64,000 nucleotides of DNA from Oscillospiraceae bacterium (GCA_902765595.1 CACXAQ010000007.1:6373-70372), one strand, 5' to 3'. Shown: positions 53,423 to 62,353, numbered from the stretch's first letter. Numbers and translations are program-made. The notes: generated by a model not told the origin, from the sequence alone.

Positions 53423-55666
53423 ATGAAGAAGGATCCGGAGAATGAAGGAAAGAAGAAGGTCAATCCGGGGCGCGTGGCCCTGAAGGCCATGGGCTTTACC
53501 GCAGACGCCACCACATCGGTGGTAAGCTCCGTATGGAAGATCGTGGGCTCGGTGCTGCTGGTGCTGCTGGTATCCGGGCTGCTCTTCGCCTGCATTTTCG
53601 CCTACTATGTCAAAAACAGCCTGACGCCCAATATGGACATTTCCCTGGAGGATTTCCAGCTCAGCGAATCCAGCACCATCTGGGTCCAGAACCAAAACGG
53701 GGACTGGGAAGAGCTGGTGAACCTGGTGGGGCGGTACAAGCGGATCTGGGTGGATTATGAGAACATCCCGCCCTATATGGAAAAGGCCCTGGTGGCCATC
53801 GAGGATAAGCGCTTCTACGAGCACAACGGCGTGGACTGGTTCCGTACCTCCACCGCGTTTGTCAAGATGTTCGCCCAGATGGAGACCGGCTACGGCGGCT
53901 CCACCATTACCCAGCAGCTCATCAAGAACCTGACCGGCAACGACCAGATCACCATCCAGCGAAAACTGACGGAGATCTTCGGCGCCCTGGAGCTGGAGAA
54001 GAAGTACGACAAGAAAGAGATCATGGAATGGTATCTCAACGCCGTCTACTTCGGAGAGGGCTGCTACGGCGTGCAGGCCGCCGCCCACACCTACTTCGGC
54101 AAGGACGTGTCGGAGCTGAGCCTGGCGGAGTGCGCCGCCATCGTGGGCATCACCAACAAGCCCACCTACTATGACCCCTTCTACAACGAGCAGAACAATA
54201 AAGAGCGGCAGGAGACCATCCTGCGGGAGATGTACGAGCAGGAATACATCGACTACGACACCTACAAGGCCGCCGTGGCCGAGGAGCTGGTCTTCTCCCA
54301 CACCCCTGACGAGCAGAGGACCCAGACGATTTACAGCTACTACGAGGAAGTGGTCATCAACGACGTGATCCACGACCTGATGGAGGCCAAGGGCATCGGC
54401 CGGGAGGCGGCCACCACGCTGCTGTATAACGGCGGCTATCAGATCTACTGCTGCGAGGACCCCCGAATCCAGGAGATCGTGGACTCGATCTACACCGACC
54501 TGGACCAGATCCCCCGCCCCAGCAACCGGACCAACCAGCAGTTCCAGAGCGCCATCGTCATTATGGATCCCTATGACGGGCGCATCATGGCCCTGTGCGG
54601 CGGCGTAGGGGAGAAGACCCAGAACTTCCCGCTGAACCGGGCGGTCCCGGAGTCGGTCAATGGCTTTGACTACGGCGGCGCACAGCGTTCGCCCGGCTCC
54701 TCCTTCAAGCCCATCGCCTCCTACGGCCCGGCGGTGGACCTGGGGCTCATCACCCCCAGCACCATCGTGGACGATTCCGCCGACATCCGCCTGCGGGGCA
54801 CCAGCTGGTATCCCCATAACGACAGCTACCAGAACTACGGCGTCATCACCATCGAGCAGGGCATGATGTGGTCGCTGAACACCGTAGCGGCCCAGATCGT
54901 GGACATTCTTCCCGGCGGGCCCCAGACCTCCTACGACTATCTGACCCAGCGGCTCGGCGTCACCAGCCTGGTGCCGGACGACATCAGCTATTCCCCCATG
55001 GCATTGGGACAGCTCACCTACGGCATCTCCGTGCGGGAGATGTGCCAGGCCTACTGTGCCTTCGTCAACGACGGTACCTTCACCTACAGCCGCACCTATT
55101 CCATGGTCACCGACAGCCGGGGCAATGTGGTGCTGGACAATTCTCCCCGGACCATCCAGGCCTTCCAGCCCAATTCCGCCCACGTGATGACCTATATGCT
55201 CAAAAAGAACGTGGAGGAGGGCATCGCCAGCGAGGCCAGACTCTACAGCGTCCCCGTGGGCGGCAAGACCGGCACCTCCGGCGACATGAAGGACCGCTGG
55301 TTTGCCGGCGTCACGCCCTATTATGTGGCGGTGGTCTGGACCGGCTACGATACCCCCGAGACCATCAGCATCGGCGGCAATCCCGCGGCCAGACTCTGGC
55401 GCAGCGTCATGAGCCGGGTGCTGGACGGCTACGCCTGGAAGGATTTCCCCTGGCCCTACCTGGGCGGCAACACCGGCGTCTTCGGCGTGGACGAGGAGGA
55501 AGAGGACCCGGGCGACGCCATCATCATCGACGACGATGACGGCGGCATCACCGTGGAGCCGGGCGATACCGGCGGCGACTACGGCGGCGATACCGGCGGT
55601 GACTACGGCGGCGGCGACGGCGGCGACGACGGCGGCGATGACGACGCGGTGGTCGTGTTCGGCTGA
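53423..55666 (+). CDS. class A penicillin-binding protein (PBP1A: glycosyltransferase + transpeptidase)
   Basis: 747 aa. GT51 motifs (EDKRFYEHNGVD, GGSTITQQL), transpeptidase motifs SSFKP...SYQN...KTGT, and an acidic GD-rich C-terminal tail. Confidence 0.92.
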   Translation: MKKDPENEGKKKVNPGRVALKAMGFTADATTSVVSSVWKIVGSVLLVLLVSGLLFACIFAYYVKNSLTPNMDISLEDFQLSESSTIWVQNQNGDWEELVNLVGRYKRIWVDYENIPPYMEKALVAIEDKRFYEHNGVDWFRTSTAFVKMFAQMETGYGGSTITQQLIKNLTGNDQITIQRKLTEIFGALELEKKYDKKEIMEWYLNAVYFGEGCYGVQAAAHTYFGKDVSELSLAECAAIVGITNKPTYYDPFYNEQNNKERQETILREMYEQEYIDYDTYKAAVAEELVFSHTPDEQRTQTIYSYYEEVVINDVIHDLMEAKGIGREAATTLLYNGGYQIYCCEDPRIQEIVDSIYTDLDQIPRPSNRTNQQFQSAIVIMDPYDGRIMALCGGVGEKTQNFPLNRAVPESVNGFDYGGAQRSPGSSFKPIASYGPAVDLGLITPSTIVDDSADIRLRGTSWYPHNDSYQNYGVITIEQGMMWSLNTVAAQIVDILPGGPQTSYDYLTQRLGVTSLVPDDISYSPMALGQLTYGISVREMCQAYCAFVNDGTFTYSRTYSMVTDSRGNVVLDNSPRTIQAFQPNSAHVMTYMLKKNVEEGIASEARLYSVPVGGKTGTSGDMKDRWFAGVTPYYVAVVWTGYDTPETISIGGNPAARLWRSVMSRVLDGYAWKDFPWPYLGGNTGVFGVDEEEEDPGDAIIIDDDDGGITVEPGDTGGDYGGDTGGDYGGGDGGDDGGDDDAVVVFG

Positions 55667-55814
55667 GAAGCTTGGACGGGATCGGGAGGCGGCTTTCCGC
55701 TTCCCGACCCCGGATGACAGGCAATTCCTTCCAAATATCGGGCCGTTTTACAAAGATTTAACGAAAAAAGCGGCTCCGATCCCCCACTTTGGCTGGATTT
55801 TCCAGGTTTTCGCG

Positions 55815-55843
55815 TTGACAAAACAAGCTCATTATGTTACATT
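55815..55843 (+). promoter_or_regulatory. sigma-A-type promoter candidate (small ORF / P60 hydrolase unit)
   Basis: TTGACA, 17-nt spacer, TACATT with an extended -10 TG. Confidence 0.55.
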
Positions 55844-56152
55844 TTGATTACATTACTGGAGGTGCTATTCTTGGCAAAAGCATTGGAGTATAAGGGACAT
55901 CCCCTCCAAAGGAAGGACAACATCATTTATTACGGCAGCTTCGCGGATAAGTATATTATCCAGATGCAGATCCTGGACACCAAGAAGGTGAAGGATCTGG
56001 ACGTTGCCACCAAGGTCTCTGTCCAGCTGCAGCTTACCGATCCGTCCATCAAGACCCGGGACAAGATCGTGAAAAAGAGCGAGAAGGACAGCCTTTATGC
56101 TGCCATCGATGTTGCCGCCGTGTGGCTTGACCGCGCACTGGCCTCTCGATAA
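55844..56152 (+). CDS. hypothetical small protein
   Basis: 102-aa ORF. The more likely start is TTG 55871, 8 nt after GGAGG. G+C is lower than the flanks and I recognise no motif. Confidence 0.45.
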   Translation: MITLLEVLFLAKALEYKGHPLQRKDNIIYYGSFADKYIIQMQILDTKKVKDLDVATKVSVQLQLTDPSIKTRDKIVKKSEKDSLYAAIDVAAVWLDRALASR

Positions 56153-56254
56153 GGAAACGCCGGACCCCGGCGCCATCGAGCTTCCAAACAGCCTCCTCGG
56201 GAGCCGGACGGGCTGACCGCCCTCCTCCCGGATAAAGAAAGAAGGAACTGTTTC

Positions 56255-58087
56255 ATGAGCAAGAAGTTCTTGCGGACTCTCATAGCCGTTCTGCTGATCT
56301 GCTGCATGCTTCCCATCCCCATGGCCTTCGCGGAAAGCGCGACGGTCACCGGCAGCGATGTGAACATGCGCTCCGGCCCCGGCACCAACTTCCCCGTGAT
56401 AGACTGCCTGCCCAAAGGCGCGGCCGTCACCGTGACGGACCGCTCCAACCCCAACTGGTATGCCATCACCTATCAGGGCGTGAACGGCTACATGTCCTCC
56501 CGCTATCTGCAGATCGGCGAGGAGAGCAGCCCCGCGCAGCCCACTCCCCAGCCCAATACCGGGAACCTGCCCGCCACCGGCACCAACGGCCATATCAACG
56601 CCGACGGCGTGCGCTTCCGTTCCGGCCCCAGCTCTTCCTACAGCATCCTGAACACCTACGACAAGGGCAAGGAGCTGATCATTACTGATGAGGCCAGCGG
56701 CTGGGTCGCCTGCGTCATCGACGGGCGGGCGGGCTATGTGTACGGCCTGTACGTCACCAAGGACAGCGGGACCTCTCCCGTTGTGATCGATCAGCCCCAG
56801 CCGGAGCCGACCCCCGCCGGCGACGATGAGGAGCCTGTGGTCGTGGAGGTCCCCGAGGATCCCACGCCCACCGCGGCCCCCACGCCTGCGCCTACCCCGG
56901 CCCCCACGGCGGAGCCGACCCCGACGCCCGCGGCCGGCAAGGCCGGCTATGTGAACGGCGACTATGTGCGCTTCCGCTCCGGCCCCGGCTCCAACTACAG
57001 CATCCTGGGCACCTATAACAAGGGCAAGGAGCTGACCATCACCGGCGAGAGCATGGGCTGGGTCGCCTGTATCATCGACGGCCAGGCCGGCTACATGTAC
57101 GGGCAGTACGTCAAGGTGAAGGAGACGACGCCCGCGCCTGATCCCACCCCGACCCCGGCGCCCACGCCTGACCCGACTCCGAGCCCCACGCCCGCGCCCA
57201 CGCCGACCCCGGCGCCCACCGCCGGCAAGGCCGGCTACGTGAACGGCGACTACGTGCGCTTCCGCTCCGGCCCCGGCTCCAACTACGGGATCCTGGGCAC
57301 CTATAACAAGGGCAAGGAGCTGACCATCACCGGCGAGAGCGGCGGCTGGATCGCCTGCATCATCGACGGGCAGTCCGGCTACATGTACGGACAGTACGTC
57401 AAGGAGAAGGAGACGACGCCTGCGTCCGATCCCACGCCCACGCCCACACCGACCCCCACTCCTGCACCCTCCAACGAGCAGAAGGGCTACATCACCGGCA
57501 ACAACGTGCGTTTCCGCTCCGGCCCGTCCGCGCAGTCTGAGATCCTGGGCGAGTTCTTCTACGGCAACGTGGTGACCATCACCGGTGAAGTCAACGGCTG
57601 GACGGCCGTGATCTACAACGGCAGAAGCGGCTATGTGTACAGCCAGTACGTGGCCAAGGGCGACAACGGGACCAAGCCCAGCGATCCTCCCTCCCCCCAG
57701 CCCGGCGGCAATGTCACCGGCCAGCAGATCGTGGACTACGCGATGAAGTTCCTGGGCTACAACTACGTCTGGGGCGGCGCTTCGCCCGACACCGGCTTTG
57801 ACTGCTCCGGCCTGGTGTACTATGTCTATGGGCAGTTCGGCTATACCATGAACCGTGTGGCCGCGGACCAGGCCCGCAACGGCGTCCACGTGGACGCGGC
57901 GAATATGCAGCCCGGCGACGTGCTCTGCTTCTACTCCAGTGAAAGCTACATCGGCCATGTGGGTATCTACATCGGCAACAACCGGTTCATCCACGCGGCC
58001 AACTCCCGCTCCGGCGTCATCATCACGGAGCTGTCCGGCTACTACTCCGCCCGCGGCATCGAGGTCCGCCGCATCGTGGGGAACTGA
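56255..58087 (+). CDS. secreted peptidoglycan endopeptidase: 5 x SH3b domains + C-terminal NlpC/P60
   Basis: 610 aa. A signal peptide, five SH3_3-like modules (...V(R/N)(F/M)RSGP...) separated by Pro/Thr linkers, and a C-terminal DCSGLV...GHVGIY...H catalytic set. Confidence 0.9.
   Translation: MSKKFLRTLIAVLLICCMLPIPMAFAESATVTGSDVNMRSGPGTNFPVIDCLPKGAAVTVTDRSNPNWYAITYQGVNGYMSSRYLQIGEESSPAQPTPQPNTGNLPATGTNGHINADGVRFRSGPSSSYSILNTYDKGKELIITDEASGWVACVIDGRAGYVYGLYVTKDSGTSPVVIDQPQPEPTPAGDDEEPVVVEVPEDPTPTAAPTPAPTPAPTAEPTPTPAAGKAGYVNGDYVRFRSGPGSNYSILGTYNKGKELTITGESMGWVACIIDGQAGYMYGQYVKVKETTPAPDPTPTPAPTPDPTPSPTPAPTPTPAPTAGKAGYVNGDYVRFRSGPGSNYGILGTYNKGKELTITGESGGWIACIIDGQSGYMYGQYVKEKETTPASDPTPTPTPTPTPAPSNEQKGYITGNNVRFRSGPSAQSEILGEFFYGNVVTITGEVNGWTAVIYNGRSGYVYSQYVAKGDNGTKPSDPPSPQPGGNVTGQQIVDYAMKFLGYNYVWGGASPDTGFDCSGLVYYVYGQFGYTMNRVAADQARNGVHVDAANMQPGDVLCFYSSESYIGHVGIYIGNNRFIHAANSRSGVIITELSGYYSARGIEVRRIVGN
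56936..57511 (+). repeat. tandem 288-bp (96-codon) duplication of an SH3b module plus PT-linker
   Basis: Units 56936-57223 and 57224-57511 are nearly identical at the nucleotide level (>90% by eye). Confidence 0.85.
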
Positions 58088-58111
58088 AGCCTGGACGAAA
58101 CGAACAAAAAA

Positions 58112-58143
58112 AGAACTCTCCCGTGCGGGAGAGTTCTTTTTTT
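58112..58143. terminator. bidirectional intrinsic terminator
   Basis: AGAACTCTCCCG-tgc-GGGAGAGTTCT flanked by A7 and T8. Confidence 0.88.
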
Positions 58144-58156
58144 GCTGTCCGGGCGC

Positions 58157-58585
58157 TCAGCCATAGGCCAGCAGATTCCCCAGGGGGACGGTGAAGCCCA
58201 GCGCCCGGTACATCCCAAGGTCGCAGTCCGCGCAGCCCACCGTCAGGGAGCTGACGCCGCTCGCCCGATGCGCGAACCGGATCAGCTCCCGGGCGATGCC
58301 CCGGCGGCGGTATTCGGGGCGGATATAAAAGTCCTCCAGCACGCCGCAGGGCCGGTAATCAAAGGTGGAAAAGCCCTTCGTCACCGAGCAGCAGCCCACC
58401 GGCACGTTCCCGTCCCAGGCGCCGTAGAACAGGATCTGTCCGGCCTCCATGGCCCGGGCCAGGCGCTCCTTATCCTCGGCCTGAGGCTCGTCTTCCCCGA
58501 TCTCGGCCTTGTACCGCAGCTGCAGCTCCCACAGGGCGTCGATTTGGGAAGCCTCCATCGATCGGATTACAACAGGCGTGTTCAT
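58157..58585 (-). CDS. GNAT-family N-acetyltransferase
   Basis: 142 aa. Acetyl-CoA motif A YIRPEYRRRGIARELI. Confidence 0.85.
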   Translation of the reverse strand: MNTPVVIRSMEASQIDALWELQLRYKAEIGEDEPQAEDKERLARAMEAGQILFYGAWDGNVPVGCCSVTKGFSTFDYRPCGVLEDFYIRPEYRRRGIARELIRFAHRASGVSSLTVGCADCDLGMYRALGFTVPLGNLLAYG

Positions 58586-59553
58586 TCCGTTTTCCTTCCT
58601 TCGTCACATTTTCCGCAGCGGCTGCAGCCGTTGCAGGTCTGCCGCATGCCGCAGGTCCGGCATCGTTCGCCGAACCAGGGCGTATACAGCTCCTCCCGGG
58701 GGATGGGCATGCCCCAGGTGTCCGTGAGCTTAAAGACCATGGGCTTCCCCTGATAGCTCAGGCCGGATTGATAGGCCTGCTGGCTCTGGACGCCGCTGCC
58801 CTCCACCCGGTAGGTCCGGCCGTCCTTCACAAAGCGGCGGCCCGTGCCGCAGAAGGTAAAGGTCACGTCGTATGCCGCGCATTCGTCCCGCAGCGCCTTG
58901 ACCCACTCGTAGTGACAGGGGCGCGCGCCGCCGTAGTTTTCCCCGTCGCAGAGCACTTGCTCGATTTGCCCCGCGGGCAGGTATTCCCGGATGCTGACCG
59001 GGCCGATGAAGGGCGCGCACATGATGCCCTTGTGCTTGAAGGGCAGCTCCAGCAGCAAGGGGATGCGCTCATCCGCCCGGCGCTGGTTTTCGCAGGTGAC
59101 GTTGAACATCACGTTCTCCCAGCCCTCGCCCCAGTCCGGAGGCAGGTGCTCCGCCACCCGCTGGGGGCGCTTGGTCAGCAGGAAGAACTTCACGTCCGGC
59201 CGCTGCCGCATGATCTCCCAGGCCTCGTCCCGCCATGGGTCCGCCTCGGCCAGAAAGAAGTCGCTAGTCATGCAGACGCGGAGCATCTCGCCGCTTTTTA
59301 CCTTATACCGGCCGCTGCGGTCCCTGGAGAGGGGATAGCGGAAGCCGGCCTTGGTGCGGTAGATCTCCCCGCCGTTTTGGCCCCGCAGGGCGTCCAGGTA
59401 GTACATATAACAGTTCTGGCAGCCTTCGCTGCACTTTTTGCAGCCGTGCCAGGGATTCCAGATATCGTGCAGGGGGCTCACCTCGTTTTGTTGGAATCTT
59501 TCGGGCTTATTTCGTGAAGGAGTAGGTGCGGATATGCTGGCGGAGGTCCGCAC
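58582..59553 (-). CDS. DUF5131 (phage Gp37/Gp68) family protein with an extra C-terminal Cys cluster
   Basis: 323-aa ORF. IWNPWHGCKKCSEGCQNCY is the family N-terminal motif and contains CX3CX2C. The C-terminal tail is CRTCGMRQTCNGCSRCGKC. The start is uncertain (GTG 59553 overlaps the upstream gene by 47 nt; GTG 59481 is the alternative). Confidence 0.72.
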   Translation of the reverse strand: MRTSASISAPTPSRNKPERFQQNEVSPLHDIWNPWHGCKKCSEGCQNCYMYYLDALRGQNGGEIYRTKAGFRYPLSRDRSGRYKVKSGEMLRVCMTSDFFLAEADPWRDEAWEIMRQRPDVKFFLLTKRPQRVAEHLPPDWGEGWENVMFNVTCENQRRADERIPLLLELPFKHKGIMCAPFIGPVSIREYLPAGQIEQVLCDGENYGGARPCHYEWVKALRDECAAYDVTFTFCGTGRRFVKDGRTYRVEGSGVQSQQAYQSGLSYQGKPMVFKLTDTWGMPIPREELYTPWFGERCRTCGMRQTCNGCSRCGKCDEGRKTE

Positions 59554-60043
59554 CGTCCGCCAGATACCGCAGCAGGATCTGGGCGCAGGCGCGGCTGTCG
59601 CTGGCGGCCCGGTGGTGGTCCAGGGGGATCCCGTAGTATTCGCACAGCACGTTCAGCTTGTGGCTGACCTGGGGGAGGACGCGCCTGCCCATCTGCACGG
59701 TGCAGACATAGCGGGTATAGCGCCGCCACTCGATCCCGTAGTCCCGGAGACAGCGCTTCAGAACCCCCAGGTCGAACACCGCGTTGTGGGCCACCAGGAG
59801 CCCCGACTCCAGCAGCGGCGCGATCCGGGGCCAGAGCTCCGGAAAGCTGGGGGCGTCCTGTACGCTCTCCGCACTGATTCCGGTGAGCAGGGTGTTGAAG
59901 GATTCAAAAGGCTGCTCCGGGTCCACCAGCGAATAGAACTCCTCCGTGATGACGCCGTCCTCCACCACCGTGATGCCGATGGCGCTCATGCGGCTGTTCA
60001 TGCGGTTTGGCGTCTCCACGTCGAATGCCACAAATCTTGCCAT
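59507..60043 (-). CDS. DEDDh 3'-5' exonuclease (DnaQ/Pol III epsilon-like)
   Basis: 178 aa counted from MARFVAFDVETPN... ExoI FDVET, ExoII AHNAVFD and ExoIII HHRAASD motifs. The upstream ORF extension was not used. Confidence 0.85.
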   Translation of the reverse strand: MARFVAFDVETPNRMNSRMSAIGITVVEDGVITEEFYSLVDPEQPFESFNTLLTGISAESVQDAPSFPELWPRIAPLLESGLLVAHNAVFDLGVLKRCLRDYGIEWRRYTRYVCTVQMGRRVLPQVSHKLNVLCEYYGIPLDHHRAASDSRACAQILLRYLADGADLRQHIRTYSFTK

Positions 60044-60142
60044 GTTTCGTCCCTTTCCGCGCCTCATTGCCCCGCCGGGAGCTTCCGGCTGCCCGCGGAC
60101 CCAAGGCGATCCCGCCCGCGGGAGCGGGGCATAACGAATCAG

Positions 60143-60158
60143 TACTGTATCCACAGTA
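60143..60158. promoter_or_regulatory. palindrome TACTGTATCCACAGTA overlapping the putative -10 of the exonuclease operon
   Basis: 6-bp arms TACTGT/ACAGTA separated by 4 bp, ~100 nt upstream of the exonuclease start. On the minus strand it overlaps TATACT. Confidence 0.3.
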
Positions 60159-60273
60159 TATCAAAATCACAGGCGGTTTTCCACCCTGTAATACGGTATA
60201 GCAAACATCCTTTAACGTCAAAGGGCGCGGCTATCATGCCGCGCCCCTGCTGCTGCCATCCAATCAATATGTA

Positions 60274-60444
60274 TTATTGATTTGCGCTTGCCAAATAGGC
60301 CGCGTAGCCGACAAAGCAGCCCTCTTCCGGCAGCACAAGAACCCCGTCCTGACAGCCGCGCTTTTGCACCAGCAGGCATCTCCAGACCTCGCCCTTTTCG
60401 CACAGGTCTGCGCTGTCTTCGATGAACTGTCGATCGGCCAACAT
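60274..60444 (-). CDS. possible small protein or gene remnant
   Basis: 56 aa counted from MLADRQFIEDSADLCEKGEVWRCLLVQKRGCQDGVLVLPEEGCFVGYAAYLASANQ. The reading frame stays open upstream without a start codon, so it may be a 5'-truncated remnant. Confidence 0.25.
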   Translation of the reverse strand: MLADRQFIEDSADLCEKGEVWRCLLVQKRGCQDGVLVLPEEGCFVGYAAYLASANQ

Positions 60445-60577
60445 ATCCGTGATAAAATTTTCATAGTCGATGGCGCTCCACACAAAAGAGTTGAAAAAGC
60501 TGTTGTTTTCAAACCTTTCTTGATATATACTGGAAATATTAATTGAACGTATATGAAATTTGCTTACGGAGGATAAT

Positions 60578-60955
60578 ATGAAACTCACGAAAAGCGAACT
60601 GGAGATCATGAATGTGCTGTGGAAGGCGGAGCGTCCGCTCTCCCGCGGCGACATTTTGAGTCTCTCGGAGGATAAGACCTGGAAGGACAATTCCATCCAC
60701 ATCCTGCTGAACGGTATGCTGAAGAAGAATGCGATCCAGGAAGCCGGCTTTGCCAGAAGCGGGAAGGTTTGGGGGCGCCTGTATGCGCCTGCGGTCACTA
60801 TCCAGGAGTACTATGCCGAAAACCTGTTTGCACAGGCCAGCACAAAGGAGTTCCCGCTCCTGTTCTCCGCTATGATCAACAGTGAAGGGGTGACACCTGA
60901 ACTGATCGACGAGCTGGAAGAAATCCTTCAAAAACGCAAGCAGGAATTGAGTTGA
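60578..60955 (+). CDS. BlaI/MecI/CopY-family transcriptional repressor
   Basis: ATG 60578 lies 5 nt after GGAGG. Winged-helix N-terminus MKLTKSELEIMNVLWKAERPLSRGDIL. Confidence 0.88.
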   Translation: MKLTKSELEIMNVLWKAERPLSRGDILSLSEDKTWKDNSIHILLNGMLKKNAIQEAGFARSGKVWGRLYAPAVTIQEYYAENLFAQASTKEFPLLFSAMINSEGVTPELIDELEEILQKRKQELS

Positions 60956-60961
60956 TGGGAT

Positions 60962-62095
60962 ATGGGCGTTTCGGCCTATTCAATAATAGTCTCGGTATTA
61001 TTTTTCAATTTATCTCTGGTCGTTGTGAATCTTCTTCGACACAGCGGTGCCATCCGAGCAAAGAACGCCCCTTCGGTCCTTCTGCTTTTGACGCTTCTGG
61101 GCCTCATCCGCCTTTTTACTCCGCTCGACTGGGGAAAGGCGCACATCATCCGGTCCTATAGACTGCTGCCGACTCTTCGGCGCACGCTGAATACTCCTGT
61201 CTTGGGGCCATTGAGCTTGGGAAGCATTTTGGCGATCGTATGGGCAGCCGGAACGCTTGTCTTCCTCCTTCGGGATCTGGTCAGGCAGCGGCGCTTTGTC
61301 CGGTCTGAAAAAGACCTCCCGTTGAGCGAAAACGAGCAGATCTCCCGCATTGCCGCGGAGTTTGGCGGAGGCTTTGCGCTGAAGATATCACCGGAGATCG
61401 AGATCCCCTATGTAACCGGGCTGTTCAAGCCCGTGATTTACGTCCCGGATATTCAACTGGGTGACGAGGATTGGCGGAATATCTTTCGGCACGAGACCCA
61501 GCACATCCGCTCCCACGACGAGTGGAAGAAGCTGCTGTTCCGCGGGATCCGGGCGCTCTTCTGGTGGAACCCGCTGTTAAAGCTGTCTGAGAAGGATATC
61601 AGCCTGTTGATCGAGCTGCAGTGCGATGCCAGGGTAGCGGGAAACGGGAGTCCAGACGAGCAGGAAGCTTATCTGCACACCATGCTGGAGCTGTTAAAAC
61701 GGCAGACAGAGGTCGCCGTCCCCATTGGTGCAAGCGGGATCGTAGGAAAACAAGACGAAATGAAGATCCGCTTCGAGGCCTTGCTGGCTCGCGAGCCCCG
61801 GCATGGCAAACTGACGCGTACCGCATTGTCGGTGTTGATGCTGGCGGTGTTTGCCGCTTCGTACTTTGTGATCATTCAGCCGGCATCCTTTCCAAGTGAA
61901 GAGGAGATCCTTGCAAACCCCGAAGGTGTACCAGCCTACGACATCACGAACCAATGGGATGAATCCAAAAACGATTTTATTCTCTACGATGATGGAGAAT
62001 ACAAGCTTTACATAAACGGAGAGTATGCTTTCTCTGTAACGAAAGATCAGCTTTCAGAGGCACCAGTCAGTGAAATTCCAATTATAGGAGGATAA
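60962..62095 (+). CDS. BlaR1/MecR1-like M56 peptidase signal transducer lacking a penicillin-binding sensor domain
   Basis: 377 aa. TM segments, the zinc-protease motif HETQHIRSHDEW, a late TM, then a ~80-aa extracytoplasmic C-terminus with no SxxK motif. Confidence 0.82.
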   Translation: MGVSAYSIIVSVLFFNLSLVVVNLLRHSGAIRAKNAPSVLLLLTLLGLIRLFTPLDWGKAHIIRSYRLLPTLRRTLNTPVLGPLSLGSILAIVWAAGTLVFLLRDLVRQRRFVRSEKDLPLSENEQISRIAAEFGGGFALKISPEIEIPYVTGLFKPVIYVPDIQLGDEDWRNIFRHETQHIRSHDEWKKLLFRGIRALFWWNPLLKLSEKDISLLIELQCDARVAGNGSPDEQEAYLHTMLELLKRQTEVAVPIGASGIVGKQDEMKIRFEALLAREPRHGKLTRTALSVLMLAVFAASYFVIIQPASFPSEEEILANPEGVPAYDITNQWDESKNDFILYDDGEYKLYINGEYAFSVTKDQLSEAPVSEIPIIGG

Positions 62096-62099
62096 ATTA

Positions 62100-62342
62100 A
62101 TGAAACGCATCATCAGCTTCCTCCTGGCGCTCGTCCTTTGTCTCAGCCTCTCTGTACCCGCGTTTGCCGAACTCACCGATACGCCAGTCGAGCCCGGCTC
62201 GGGGCTTGAAGAACAAAACCGTGTAGAAGAAACAAAATGGTATTTTCGTGTTCTCGACGGTTATATCGTCCAGAAGCGCCTGTGGTCGATCACCTATGGC
62301 TATTGGCTAACAGATTGGATCACGATTGGATACATTGAATGA
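62100..62342 (+). CDS. small secreted protein
   Basis: 80 aa. Starts 5 nt after the blaR1-like stop. Signal peptide MKRIISFLLALVLCLSLSVPAFA, and a Trp/Tyr-rich mature part. Confidence 0.55.
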   Translation: MKRIISFLLALVLCLSLSVPAFAELTDTPVEPGSGLEEQNRVEETKWYFRVLDGYIVQKRLWSITYGYWLTDWITIGYIE

Positions 62343-62353
62343 CGGTTCAAGCA

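Noticed and set aside
60143-60158. LexA/SOS box interpretation of TACTGTATCCACAGTA upstream of the exonuclease gene.
   Set aside because: It resembles the E. coli CTGT-N8-ACAG box, but the spacer is 4 nt and not 8. The LexA (DinR) consensus in Firmicutes is of the CGAAC-N4-GTTCG type. I kept it only as a generic operator candidate.
60264-60931. Minus-strand ORFs of 82, 174 and 130 aa overlapping the blaI-like gene.
   Set aside because: They run antisense through a well-supported BlaI repressor gene. Only the 3' portion (60274-60444/60535) lies outside it, and I kept that as a low-confidence remnant.
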